Below are positions 62,901 through 64,000 of a stretch of 64,000 nucleotides of DNA, one piece after another (the first letter of the stretch is position 1; the number at the start of each line of letters is the position of its first letter). The translations under genes were made by a program, and so were the position numbers. The stretch covers positions 9,150,727 through 9,214,726 of the forward strand of contig MU057344.1 of the NCBI GenBank assembly GCA_013239625.1. Reading direction: 5' to 3'. This DNA comes from Lama guanicoe (Eukaryota). The notes beneath the pieces were generated by a model. The model worked only from the letters and a program-made list of their open reading frames with translations. It searched no databases and was not told the origin of the DNA.

Positions 62901-64000
62901 CACACAGTAAGATGTTATCCATGCTGAATGCCCAGCCAGGTGACTGAACTGCTCTGAGTCTTAGCTCGGAAATGAGGATAATGACAGAACCCGCCTTTCT
63001 GGGCTGACGCGGGGCTGATGGGACGACGCCGGCTGGCTGGTGTAGGGTTGGTCTCGGCTATGCTGATGTGGTCTGTAGTTCAGGCTCTGAGTCCAGGCCA
63101 GCGGTGAGGACGGGGATAGGCCCCCTGACTCCCTTCCCACTGTGTCTGCATTCCTGCAAATCTTTAAAGTGACTGCATCATGAGGAACACGACGCCCCAA
63201 ACCCTCGGACCTCCCGGGGGAAAGGTAGGACCCACGGCCCTGTGGCCCTGTCGGCTGTCTTACCTCGGGGGGCTCTGCTGTTCATTCTCAGCAGGGCAGT
63301 TTTGGAGATTGTTTCCCAGGGAACCCTTGAACCGAGTCAGGCCTGTTTGCTCTAAGTAAGGATGGTGTCTTAACCGAAATTCCTGTGGACCTGTGGGAGC
63401 TGCTGATTGTTGGAGCACTGGTGTGTGATCTTCTTCCTTCCAGCTGCTGCTTATTTGAATGAGGGAAAGAGTTCCAGGGCTCCTTACAGCTGCTGACTTT
63501 TTTTTTTTCTTTTCCCTGAGCTGCCTCCTTGTGCTCCAAGTACCCTGTGCTGGGCTTCTCAGTAGAAAGACGGAGAGCGGACAGCACCAAGCCGGGCAGT
63601 GTCTTCAGGAACAGATATAAATCTTCAGATGCCTTTCTGGGGCAGAACCTTCAGCTCAGAGCACTTTATAAAGCTGGCCTCTGGACCACAGTACAGAGAT
63701 GACGCCCCACTTTTATTGCTTTGACCGTGACCCTGAAAAATCCCTCCATTGCATTGCCATGGAAAGCCTCCCATGTTGGAAGGCCACTGGCCAACCCGTA
63801 AGCAGAGATCAAATGCTAGTCGTGCCAGCGGGACCACAGCTGTGCTGTGTGACTTTGGGGGTGTCACTTTCCCTCTCTGGGCTGCCACTTCTTTATCTTT
63901 AAAATGAGATTGAACCAGAGTGATCTTGACTTCCATCCTAATTATATAATTCTTTTATTCCTAAGATATAGGGAAATAAAATTTTAGCTCAACCCAAAGG

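Larger units (their letters stand above)
20319..64000 (+). other. KAZN: Large intron following the first coding exon (continues beyond the window)
   Basis: GT donor at 20319. No credible downstream exon was seen, and the region is repeat-rich. Confidence 0.65.

Noticed and set aside
63556-63590. REST/NRSE site (ggacagcacc at 63579-63588)
   Set aside because: Only the right half-site is present, with no TTCAGCACC left half at a suitable spacing.
1-64000. CRISPR array, operon, defence system, intact endogenous virus or other novel multi-gene system
   Set aside because: No repeat-spacer array, no gene-dense coding structure and no gag/pol/env sequence. The LTRs are solo and belong to different subfamilies. 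The window is ordinary mammalian intergenic and intronic DNA.

Overview
This window is mammalian genomic DNA, almost certainly camelid (alpaca or camel). The evidence is six copies of a tRNA-derived Vic-1-type SINE plus cetartiodactyl-type L1 3' ends. Most of it is ancient interspersed repeat (L1M, L2, MIR, MaLR/MLT1, MER34-like LTR, hAT MER elements). The only well-supported genic feature is a CpG-island promoter at about 19.5-19.9 kb (partly N), followed by a 91-nt first coding exon at 20228-20318 (+). That exon has a strong Kozak context, an in-frame upstream stop and a phase-1 GT donor, and encodes MESTLATPSSAAGPVTFSHVFGQQCQLMEA. From memory, this matches the N-terminus of the long, far-upstream-promoter isoform of KAZN (kazrin). 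On that reading the remaining ~44 kb is the start of a very large intron, and I found no further exon. The other ORFs in the track look like noise. I found no previously undescribed biological system. The points most worth following up are the distal KAZN exon and promoter architecture, a ~60-bp micro-inversion inside an old L1, a near-perfect 300-bp tandem duplication, AT-to-GC-shifted old repeats suggesting GC-biased gene conversion, candidate enhancers, and N-runs whose sizes suggest a reference-guided masked consensus. Repeat family names come from recalled consensus sequences, and repeat boundaries are approximate.
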